From an uncultured Gemmatimonadaceae bacterium (GTDB lineage Bacteria; Gemmatimonadota; Gemmatimonadetes; Gemmatimonadales; Gemmatimonadaceae): a stretch of 64,000 bases of DNA. The DNA lies in assembly GCA_963829055.1 (NCBI GenBank), contig CAWHHI010000012.1:384001-448000 (forward strand), written 5' to 3'. This document shows positions 54,765-64,000 of the stretch, one piece after another; the first letter of the stretch is position 1; the number at the start of each line of letters is the position of its first letter. The notes under the pieces are model-generated. The model was not told the DNA's origin. It was given only the letters and a program-made list of their open reading frames with translations, and did not search any database. The position numbers were made by a program, and so were the translations under genes.

Positions 54765-54788
54765 GACCCGCAAGCTAGATTCGGCAGC

Positions 54789-55197
54789 ATGCAGCAGCGA
54801 CGAAGACGAAACTCACGAGCGCGTCCGGCTCGACAAGTGGCTCTGGGCCGCACGGTTCTTCAAGACGCGCGCGCTCGCGGCGGAGGCCATCGACGGTGGC
54901 AAGGTCGACGTGAACGACACGCGCGCGAAGCGCGCGAAGATGGTGCAGGTCGGCGACGCGGTACGCGTGCGGCAGACACCGTTCGAGCACGTCGTCACGT
55001 TCGCGGCATGTCGGACCGACGTGGGCCGGCGAGCGTCGCGGCGACGCTGTACGAGGAGACGGCCGAGAGCAAGAGCCAGGCGCGAGGCGCTCGCGACGCA
55101 GATTCGAAGCATGCCCGCGGACGACTGGGAGAGCGGGTCGCCCGACGAAGCGCGATCGCCGCGAGATCGAGCGCGTTCGAGCGTCGGCAGCCGGTAG
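54789..55197 (+). CDS. hslR: S4-domain heat shock protein Hsp15 (frameshifted)
   Basis: RLDKWLWAARFFKTR, GGKVDVN, LYEETAES. Confidence 0.85.
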
Positions 55198-55226
55198 ATC
55201 GGTAGCCGGCAGCTATCGACTGACGG

Positions 55227-55946
55227 CTAACGATGCGGTAGGGTCGCGGTGTCGAGCCGGTGCCCGCCGTCGAACGAGACAGCCGTGCGTGCGATTCCCG
55301 CCGCGCTGAATCGGCCGAGCTGCGACGTCGGCACCGGCCCACGACGCGAGCTCGTCACGCGTGCCGACGACGAAGCACCACCGGAGCAGCCCGCGAGCCG
55401 GTCCGCCAACGATGTGACAGATCGACGTCGGGCGGAAATGCGCCGGCCCACAGGATCACTTCGTCGGCGCGCACGCGCCGTCCACGCACGACCCAGCGGC
55501 CCACGGTCGCGACGCCCTGCGAGAAGCCGAACACGCGAAGCCTAACGCGGCTCGCGCTCGCGGGTGGCCGGACGTGGTCGTGCAGCGCGTCGAGGTACGC
55601 GATCTGATCGGCGATCTCCGCGCGTCGGTCCTCGCGCGTCATCCACGTCGCGCCCACTCCGGCGCTGCTGTATTCACGCCGACCCCGACGGCGCGTCGAG
55701 ATAGAATCGCGAGAGCGCCTCGGGCGCGATAATGCGTCGCGACGGGGTGGCGACACGGACGAACGACTCGAGGAACGGCGCCGCCAGCTGCCCGTACCCA
55801 TGGCACACGATCCACAGCTCGGTAATGTCGTCAGGCGCGTCCGGCGAAGGCCCGCCGAGGGCGTAGTACCGCGCCGTGCGCTGCACGGTGAGGTGATGCT
55901 CGCGCGGTGCGCGTGGCTCGCGGCGCTCGTTAGGCCCGACCGTCAC
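55227..55946 (-). CDS. Alpha/beta hydrolase (phospholipase/carboxylesterase), frameshifted
   Basis: TARYY, CHGYGQLA, APEALSRFY, GFSQG, FDGGH. Confidence 0.8.
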
Positions 55947-56763
55947 GTGCGCGTTTTGACGAGCAGTCGCTGGCCGACCTCGATCTTGGGCGACGGCAGC
56001 GAGTTCCACTCGAGAATCTGCTCCGACGCCACGTTGTACTGTCGCGCCGATCAGCTCGAGCGCCTCGCCGCGCTGCACGACGTGGTAGATCGGCTGACGC
56101 GCCGGAACGGCCGTCGCGAGCGCCCGCTGCCGTTCGTCTTCATCGGCTATCGCGAATCGCCTGCTGCCGGCGCCGTCATGAGCGAGAGCACGCTGTCGAG
56201 ACGCGAGCCGTTCGCTCGCCGCGACGCCGAACGTACGCATCTGGACCGGGCGCGCGAATGACGACGCCGCTCAGCGTCCCGAGGAACACGCGGCCTCGCC
56301 AGATCGTCGATCGGCCGGTCGTACGGGAACGACGACTCCTCGAGCAGCTGCGGCTCCGGCTCGCGCGGCAGGATCTCCTCGGGCGGAACGCCGACGTAGA
56401 GCAGCCGGCGATTCGTCGCCGCCAGGACGCCGTGCGTCACGCGGAAGTAGTGCCACCAGTGCCGCGCGATCACCGGCGCGCGCCAGTCGATCGCCTCGCC
56501 GCGCTCGAGCATGAGCTCGAGCTCGCGGTTCGCGATCCGGGCCGAGCCTTCCGCGTCGCCCGCGGTGGATGAACAGCAGTGCTGCCGACGATGCCCGCGA
56601 GACCAGCGTGACGACCAATGCTCCACGCCGACACGCGGAGCGCCACTCGCCAACGCGGCAGCGGCGGCGGCGCCGGGCGGCGCGGACGCCGAGCGGCGGC
56701 CTCCATCTCCTCGGTCCACCCGGTGGACGGGGCTGAGAACGGGGGCTCGGTCAGTTGACTCAC
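55943..56763 (-). CDS. Membrane-anchored protein with C-terminal LysM-like motif (frameshifted)
   Basis: [24 protein letters not shown]. Confidence 0.5.
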
Positions 56764-56889
56764 CGCGTGGGTGCCTGGTGGTCCGTCGTGCGCATCATCG
56801 ACCCCGCCACGCTAGAAACACGCAGCGGCCCCGCGCAAGCGCGGAGCCGCCTTCGAGCCAGATTTCCCGGACGGTTCTGCCGCGTCTCG

Positions 56890-57103
56890 TCAGTGTGCCT
56901 TCCGCTGCGAGGCAGAGTCCGCGCCTTCGACTTCTCCTTCCTGGTACTCGGCCGTCACGTCGGTCGGCGCGCGGAACGTCTTCTTGTGAATCAAACCGGC
57001 CGTGACGAACGAGCCGACAGCCAGGGCGGTGATGAACAACGCGATCGGCCAGCCCTGCGAGAAGCTTCCTTCGATGCGTCGGCGCTTGGTCGGTCAGTGC
57101 CAT
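56890..57103 (-). CDS. Small membrane protein (frameshifted)
   Basis: MALTDQ; GWPIALFITALAVGSFVTAGLIHKKTF. Confidence 0.45.
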
Positions 57104-57147
57104 GGGTTCCGTGAAGGACGGGTGAAGTCCGAGCAATGTAGTCGAGC

Positions 57148-58923
57148 CTATCGTAGCTTCGCCACCCGTTCGGACGCCGGCGCGTTGCACGGCCGACTGG
57201 GCCGCCGACGATCGCTCGCTCGGTCTCGGCGGACGATCCGCCGACCTCGATCTCCGACATCGTGCCGAATCGCGCGGCGGTACCAGTCGGTCCACGGTCT
57301 CGAGGATCAGCCGTTCCTTGCCGCGATCGCCACCGCTGGCGATGCGCCGCGCGCGACAGCGCGGTCTCGACGTCGAGCCGGGCGATCGCGGCACGTTCGA
57401 CTTCGGCGACGAGCGCGCGCGCGGTCGCACCGTCGGCCGACGCCGAGCGTGAGCGCGGACACGAGCGCCGACACGCCGACGTTCGTCGAGCTCGCGCGGC
57501 GACACGTTAGGCAGCCGGTCGTTGTCCGTGTGATAGTAGACGTCGGTGAAGTGCCAGAACAGGAGTCCGGGCTTCTTCGCGTCGAGGAACGGCACGTGGT
57601 CGCTCCCGCCCTCGAACGGGTTCGTGCGCACGACCCAGCCCGTCACCGCCGCCTGGTCGAGGCAGCGACGCAGGACGAAGTCGTTGAAGAAGTGCGGCGT
57701 CAGCTGGTCCACGCGCAGCGGGCTGCCGCCCCATTCGGTGTGGTGGTCGTCGCCGCGCGTCCACACGGCGGACGGGTCGGGCATCTTCTCGATGAGGAAC
57801 GTGCCGCCGGTCTTCTCGGTGTCCTCGCCCACCATGTCGAGGCTCACGCCCCAGCTGCACCGTCGCCGCGCGCGCACGCGTCCGCGAGATAGCGACGCGT
57901 CTGCGCGATCTCGTTGCCCCAGATGAACGTGATCGAGCGACGCGGGTCGACCGTGCCGGCCTGGACGAGCGACGCGGCGACGCGCGCCATCTCCGACCTG
58001 CGCGCCGACGCCGGACGCGTTGTCGTTCGCGCCGGGCTCCTGCACGTGCGCGCTGAAGACGAATCGCTCGTTAGGCTTCGCCGCTCCCGCGAACGTCGGC
58101 GATGACCGTGCGCTCGACGGACGTGGAGAACCGCGACTGCGTCATCACGCGGACGCGCACCGGACCCGCGGCGAGCGCGCGCTGCAGCGCCTCGCGCGCG
58201 TCGTACGACAGCAGCAGTCCCCACGCCTTCGCGGCGGTGTCCGCCTGAGATCGACGAGAACTGGATCGACGTGCGATGCGTCTCGGGCTTCGTGTACGCG
58301 GGCATGGCGTACGCGAGCACGCCGATCGCGCCACGCTTGCGGGCCTCGCTCGACAGGCTTGCCGACCGACATGTCCCCGAACACGATCTTGCCGGCGAGC
58401 GGAACGCGATCGAACGCGCCGCCGTCGCCCTTGCCGACCGAGACGACTTCCGCTTCCACGCCACCAGCCGGCGTCGACGACGAGTTCACCGCGAGCATGT
58501 TGCGGTTCGTCGCGAAGCGCAGCACCGGCGTGCTCGCGCCGACGATCGTGAGCGACGCATCGAGCGGATCCCACGCCGGCCCCGACATTGCGCGCTGACT
58601 CGATGCGGAACGTCAGGCGGTCCGTCGGCTGTCGCGGCCTTCTCCTCGACGTAGCCCGCTGCGCGGAGCTGCTCGACCACGTGGTCGATGCTCTCCTCGA
58701 AGCCACGATTGCCCGGCCACCGCCACCGCTGCTCGACGAACGCCACCGTCGTGAGCGCGCGATCGCCCGAGTATTCCGGTCGGACGAGCGCGAACAGCTG
58801 CGCGACCGCTGGCGGCGGCTCGCGTCGATGACGGCTGCCCGCACTGGTCGCGCGGCGCCGAGCATCGCGGCGCGCGCGACGAGCGATCGCGAGGCGCCGA
58901 AACAACGAAGACGCCGCGGTCAC
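57148..58923 (-). CDS. M28 family peptidase with PA domain (frameshifted)
   Basis: PGANDNASG, WGNE, LDMVG, GGSDH, YYHTDND. Confidence 0.85.
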
Positions 58924-58966
58924 GCGGCGCCTCGATGCAATCTGAATGTGACCATTGCGCGTTGGA

Positions 58967-59692
58967 TCAGCTGGCAGCGCGCGTCACGACCTCGCGTCGT
59001 GGCAGCGGGACCGAGACGCGCGCGAGGTGCTCCGTCATCGCCTGCTCGGCGCGTTCGCCGTCGCAGTCCTCGATGGCGTCCACGATCTCGCGATGATCGG
59101 CGAACGCCGCTCGCGAGCGATGCTGTCGAAGTCGTCGCGATACAAGCCGCTCGGTGCGGAGCAGCGCGACGATGGTCTGACTGAGCAGGACGAGCACAGG
59201 ATTGCCCGTCGCCCGCGCCACTTCGACGTGGAACTCCGTGTCGCCGTCGACGAGTCGTGGCGAGAGCGAGTTGTTCCTCCTCGAGCTCCGACTCGATAGC
59301 GCGGAGGCGCGCGACATGCGCGTCGCTCCTGCGCGCTGCGGCGAGGCGTGCCGTCGGGATCTCGAGCAGCTCACGAGCCTCCTGCAGGCTCGCGACGTTG
59401 TGCTGCTCGTTGCGAAGCAGCAGCGTGATCGACTCGACCACTCGGTCGGTCGAGAGGTTCGTCACGAACGTGCCGCGGCCGACGAACACCTCGATCAGAC
59501 CCTTTTCGGTGAGCGACTTGATCGCTTCGCGCACCGCGGTGCGGCTCACACCAAATCGTTCAGCGAGATCTCGCTCGGCAGGAATCTGGTCGCCCGGTTT
59601 GAGGGCACCCGAGACAGAATCTGCTGCTGGATCTGGTCGACGATCTCCTGGTAGAGCCGCTCCTTCGGCTTGATCGGTAGGTACACAGGCAT
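58967..59692 (-). CDS. GntR/FadR family regulator (frameshifted)
   Basis: RLYQEIV, PAERDLAERFGVSRTAVREA, GRGTFV, FCD domain. Confidence 0.9.
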
Positions 59693-59939
59693 CTGTTTCC
59701 GTCCTCGAGCCAGAGGCGACACGTCGGAGCGACCGAGCTCGCCGATGAAACCGATCGCGTCGCCGTGCGAGCGCGCGCGTATTTGCCCGACTACGCACCT
59801 GTCCAGAAAAACGCTGACGTGGACCGCGAGCGTTGGCGTTGGTGCGACGGCCGGCACGCATGCGAGCAGGCTCGGTGGCGCATCCGCGCGGGCCGAGTTC
59901 CCTAGTGGCGGCCGCCCGCCGCCCGTAGCTTCTCGGGCC

Positions 59940-60754
59940 ATGCAACTCACCCCGGTCTCGCGGCGGACGCCGCTCTCGCTCGACGATCGCTCCGCCGCGC
60001 GGCCCGCCGGGCTGCCCGACGACGACGAGCTGAAGCGAGCAGACAAGCCGAGCTGCTCAAGCGGCTCGGCGAGCTGCAGGCGACGCTGTACGCCGACGGG
60101 CGATACGCGCTGCTCGTCGTGCTCCAGGCGCGCGATGCCGGCGGGAAGGACGGCACCGTCCGCAAGGTGTTCGGCGCCTGCAACCCACTCGGCTGTCAGG
60201 TGACGTCGTTCAAGACGCCGACGCCGCTCGAGCTCGAGTCACGACTACCTCTGGCGCGTGCATCAGGCGGTTCCCGCCAAGGGAATGGTCGGGATCTTCA
60301 ACCGCTCGCACTACGAGGACGTGCTCGTCGTGCGCGTGAAGGACCTCGTGCCGAAAGCCGGTCTGGTCCAAGCGGTACGATCAGATCAACGAGTTCGAGC
60401 AGCATGCTCGATGACAACCGCGTGAAGATCCTCAAGTTCTTTCTGCACATCTCGCGCGACGAGCAGGCGAAGCCGCCTGCGCGACCGATTGTCCGATCCC
60501 GAAGAAGAACTGGAAGTTCCGCGCGGGCGATCTCGACGACCGCGACCTCTGGGACGAGTACACCAAGGCGTATCGCGACGCGCTGCGGCAGTGCAGCACG
60601 CCGTGGGCGCCATGGTACGTGGTTCCCGCCGACGACAAGAAGGCGCGCAACTACTTACATCGCGCAGACCGTGGTCGACACGCTCGAAGGACTGGGACTG
60701 CGCTACCCGAAGGCCGACCGCGAGGTGTTGAAGCTCAAGCGGAAGCTCAAGTGA
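59940..60754 (+). CDS. ppk2: PPK2 family polyphosphate:nucleotide phosphotransferase (frameshifted)
   Basis: [37 protein letters not shown]. Confidence 0.88.
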
Positions 60755-60797
60755 GCATCGGGTACCGGCGCGTGCCAGGCCCATCGAGCGCCGCACC

Positions 60798-61083
60798 GTG
60801 TCGCGCAAGACGCCGGGCGACGGCAAGCTCGAGATCACGAAGATCGCCGCGACGCGGCTCGAATCGTTAGGTGAGCGAGTTCGTGGTCGCGGTCGACGAC
60901 ACGCGAAGGCGAGGCCGCGCTCGGCACGATGCCGTGTACCTGCCGAGGCGACGACGCGCCACACGTGCATTACTTCGTCGAGAGCGAGCTGCTGCCTGTC
61001 GATCGCTCGACGGCGGGAAGCGAAGTCGATCTCTTCGCTCGACGATGGCCGCGCCGGCAGCTGCTCGTCGTGACCACGCCTGA
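60798..61083 (+). CDS. Hypothetical protein (frameshifted)
   Basis: SRKTPGDGKLEIT; MPCTC..HVHYFVES. Confidence 0.45.
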
Positions 61084-61147
61084 CGGTCACGCCGACCGTC
61101 ACGCTTTCGCACGGAGTCTCACATGGCCTCTGCCCACGCCCGAGTTC

Positions 61148-61474
61148 ATGACGACGACCGCGAACTTCCTCGACGGCTACCGGACCGTCCGCACGTTCGG
61201 CGTGGTTCGTGGCATCACCGTCCGATCACGCTCGGTCTTCGGCACCCTTGGCGCCGCGCTCCAGCAGCTGCGCGGCGGTGAGGTCTCGCTGCTCACCGAG
61301 CTCTGCGAGCGAACGCGTCATGATGCGTTCGCGCTCGCGATCGAGCACGCGCGCGACCTCGGCGCGAATGCCCTCGATGGCGCTACGGTACGACGCCACG
61401 GAGATCATGTCCGGCGTGTCGGAAGTGCTGTGCTACGGCACGGCCGTGCGGGTCGTTCCTGCGCGCGACACTGA
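61148..61474 (+). CDS. YbjQ/UPF0145 family protein (frameshifted)
   Basis: GVVRGITVRSR, GANA, RYDATEI, EVLCYGTAV. Confidence 0.85.
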   Translation: MTTTANFLDGYRTVRTFGVVRGITVRSRSVFGTLGAALQQLRGGEVSLLTELCERTRHDAFALAIEHARDLGANALDGATVRRHGDHVRRVGSAVLRHGRAGRSCARH

Positions 61475-61520
61475 CGCCGCCGTGACGCTAGCCTTCCACT
61501 CCTTCCCGATTCCCGACTCC

Positions 61521-62530
61521 GTGCTTCTCGCTGGCGACATCGGCGGCACGAAGACCCGGCTCGCGCCTCTACGAGGAAACGAGCGGCGGCGCTTCGTCTC
61601 GCGCAGTCGGCGCTGTACGAGAGTAAATCCACGTCCGACGCTCGAAGAGATCGTCGTCCGCTTTCTCGACACCAGCGGACAACCCCGACACCGACGGCCG
61701 CTTGCTTCGGTGTCGCCGGCGCGGTCGTCGGCGGGCAGGTGCGCGCCACCAACCTGCCGTGGCACGTAAGCGAGGCGGGCCTCGCGCGCGAGCTCTCGAT
61801 TCCGCACGTGCGACTACTCAACGATCTCGAGGCGGCGGCGTACGGCGTCGTCGCCATCACCGAGCCGAGCGTCGCTGCTGACGCTCCAGGCGGGGAAACC
61901 GCCGGACGGAGCATCGCGCGCTCGCGCTTGTGTCGGCGGGCACGGGACTCGGCGTTGCGATGATGTCGTGGAACGGGCATCGCTACAAGGTCGCGCCGTC
62001 CGAAGGCGGTCACGCCGACTTCGCGCCGCAGGACGATGTGGAAGACGCCATGTTGCGCATGGCTGCGGAAGAAGTTCGGACACGTGAGCTACGAGCGCGT
62101 CTCTCGGGCCCGGGTCTGGTGAACCTCTATCGCTTCCTGCGGAGCACTGGCGCAACAGCCCGAGCCGGCGTGGCTCACGGCCCGCATCGGCGACGGCGAT
62201 CCCGCGCCGGTGTATCGCGAGGCGGCGCTCGCCCACGAGGATGCCATCTGCGACGAGACCCTAACGCGGTTCGTGTCGCATCTACGGCGCCGCGGCCGGC
62301 AACTATCGCGCTCACGGCGCTCGCTGTGGGCGGCGTGTTCCTCGGCGGAGGGATCGCGCCGAAGATCCTTCCCGCCTCGAGAACGGACCGTTCCTGCGAG
62401 CGCTTCGCGGCGAAGGGCCGGTTTGCGATGCGATGCGGAAGATTCCGGTGCACGTCGTGCTGGCCCCGGACGTGGCTCTGCTCGGCGCAGCCGCCTGCGT
62501 CGCGAGAACGGCGTGACGCGAAGCGTGTAA
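61521..62530 (+). CDS. glk: Glucokinase (frameshifted)
   Basis: LAGDIGGTKT, TNLPW, LNDLEA, GTGLG, SEGGH, GGIAPKI. Confidence 0.9.
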
Positions 62531-62591
62531 GGTCAGGCGGCGCAGTCGCTTAACGGCTGACACGGGGGCCGCTCAGGTATTTCGGCCCGCC

Positions 62592-62744
62592 GTCGACGGT
62601 CTGGTGCCGCTCGCGGTCGGCAACGGGCTCACGAATCTGTTCGGAGCGATCGCGTTGGCCACGGCTGGAGGAACGATCTTTGGCACGTTAGGCGCCATGC
62701 TCGTCATGCCAGCGATCCTCGTTGGGAGAAGAGCGGGCAAGTAG
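62592..62744 (+). pseudogene. Orphan fragment resembling the last TM helices of an RND (AcrB-family) transporter
   Basis: LVPLAVGNGLTNLFGAIALATAGGTIFGTLGAMLVMPAILV...stop; no upstream gene body. Confidence 0.5.
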
Positions 62745-62833
62745 CCGGGTCGACTGCGGCGCGTGAACCCGGGGGTGCTGGCATCCGGCGGTGGCATGGC
62801 CAGTACCAAGTGCGTCAGCGACTGCTCAGCAGC

Positions 62834-62943
62834 AGGTGTCAGGCATCAGGTCCCGTATCCGCCGGCTTGGGTCGCGCGCTTGGCGTCGCGCTTGGCGTTG
62901 CGCCGGACTGCCGACTGGGCTCGGAGACTGATGCCTGACACCT
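62834..62943. repeat. Element with perfect 16-bp inverted repeats
   Basis: aggtgtcaggcatcag ... ctgatgcctgacacct. Confidence 0.8.
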
Positions 62944-63005
62944 CGTACTCAATGCTGGCGTGCTGAGTCACTGGCCAGGACGTCGCGACAATGCCAGGAA
63001 CTCGA

Positions 63006-64000
63006 TCACGCCGCCGGCAGCGTCAGCGTGAACGTGCTTCCCTTCCCGATCGACGCTCTCGGCGACGAGATCGCCGCCCATCGCGCGCGAGAGATCGCGG
63101 CTGATCGCGAGGCCAAGTCCCACGCCTTCGCTCGGTGCGCCGGCCGAGCGCGCGACCTGAACGAACGGCTCGAAGATCGTCCGACAGCTTATCGGCCGGG
63201 ATGCCGCGGCCCGTGTCGCGCACACGGACCGTGACCTGGCCGCCGGTCCTCGTCGCACTCGAGCGTGATCTCCCCGTTAGGCTCCGTGAACTTGATCGCG
63301 TTCGTCATCAGGTTCACGAGGATCTGCTCCACCTTCTCACGGTCCGCGCGAACACGCAGGTCGCCATCGCAGTTGCGGCGTACGAAGCGGAGCTCGCGCG
63401 CGCGAAGCTGCGGTGTCGGTGACGTCCTCCACGCCGCGGATCGCTTCCGCCAGCTCGAACTCGCGGATCTCGTAGCGTACCGTGCCCGCATCGAGCCTAA
63501 CGAAGTTCAGCACGTCGTTGATGAGCGACAGCAGATGCTTCTGGCTGCGGCGAATGCGTCGAATGTCCTCGCGCTGCGCCGCGCGTGACCGGTCCGCGCA
63601 CCTCGAGCTCGATCAGCTCCGCGTAGCCGTCGATCGCGTTGAGCGGCGTGCGGAGCTCGTGACTCATCACCGCCAGGAACTCCGACTTCGCGCGACTCGC
63701 CTTCTCCGCTTCGGCACGCGCCGCCTCGGCCTCGAGGCGGGAGATCTCCGCCTCCTTCCGCGCGCGCTCGCGTGTTCGCCAACAACTTCGCGCGCTCCTC
63801 GCTCGGCGACGCGGCGTTCGGTGTGTCCGCGATGACCGCGACGACCGTCGGCGCGACCTGATCGCGCGGCGGCATCGGGTAGAGCGAACCGAGAACCAGC
63901 GATCGTCGATGACGCGACGTCGTACAGCAGCGGCTGTCCCGTGGCGACGACGTCGGCGATGCTGCCCGCCGGGGCGTCGCTGGATGGCGGGAGCAGGTCG
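63006..64000 (-). CDS. Sensor histidine kinase, partial and frameshifted
   Basis: [33 protein letters not shown]. Confidence 0.85.

Noticed and set aside
2030..63502. Integron attC array, since GTTAGGC/GCCTAAC match the GTTRRRY/RYYYAAC cores
   Set aside because: Sites lie mostly inside core genes, are not paired as inverse-core...core within ~60-140 bp, and no integrase or cassette structure is present.
44179..64000. Mass pseudogenisation or programmed frameshifting
   Set aside because: Indels also hit topA and aroC, increase along the window and leave motifs intact; this pattern fits low-coverage long-read error.

Overview
High-GC bacterial chromosomal segment. The gene content and protein style suggest Gemmatimonadota (inference). 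No rRNA, tRNA, CRISPR or transposase was found. The left half carries eamA/Lrp, a Ser/Thr kinase, topA-smg-aroK-aroC, and a large minus-strand type IVa pilus locus: pilS-pilR, a TMTC-like enzyme, two GT-C enzymes and a GT2 glycosyltransferase, two nearly identical pilA copies behind a sigma54-type promoter, minor pilins, pilMNOPQ and a large lipoprotein. The middle has a CNNM/hemolysin protein, arfB, a Zn-metalloprotease, threonine dehydratase and a chemoreceptor-less CheB-CheR-HK-CheB module. The right part has an OM protein, an ECF sigma/anti-sigma pair, a hybrid kinase, cls, hslR, an M28 peptidase, GntR, PPK2 and glk. Many genes are frameshifted, increasingly so beyond ~44 kb, most likely from long-read indels. 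The most striking unexplained signal is the heptamer CGTTAGG/CCTAACG (usually CGTTAGGC). I counted 45 exact copies by eye, on both strands and mostly inside genes, where it forces TTA/CTA/AGG codons. This resembles a DNA-uptake-sequence or HIP1-like genome signature. Several small palindromic REP/MITE-like elements are also present.
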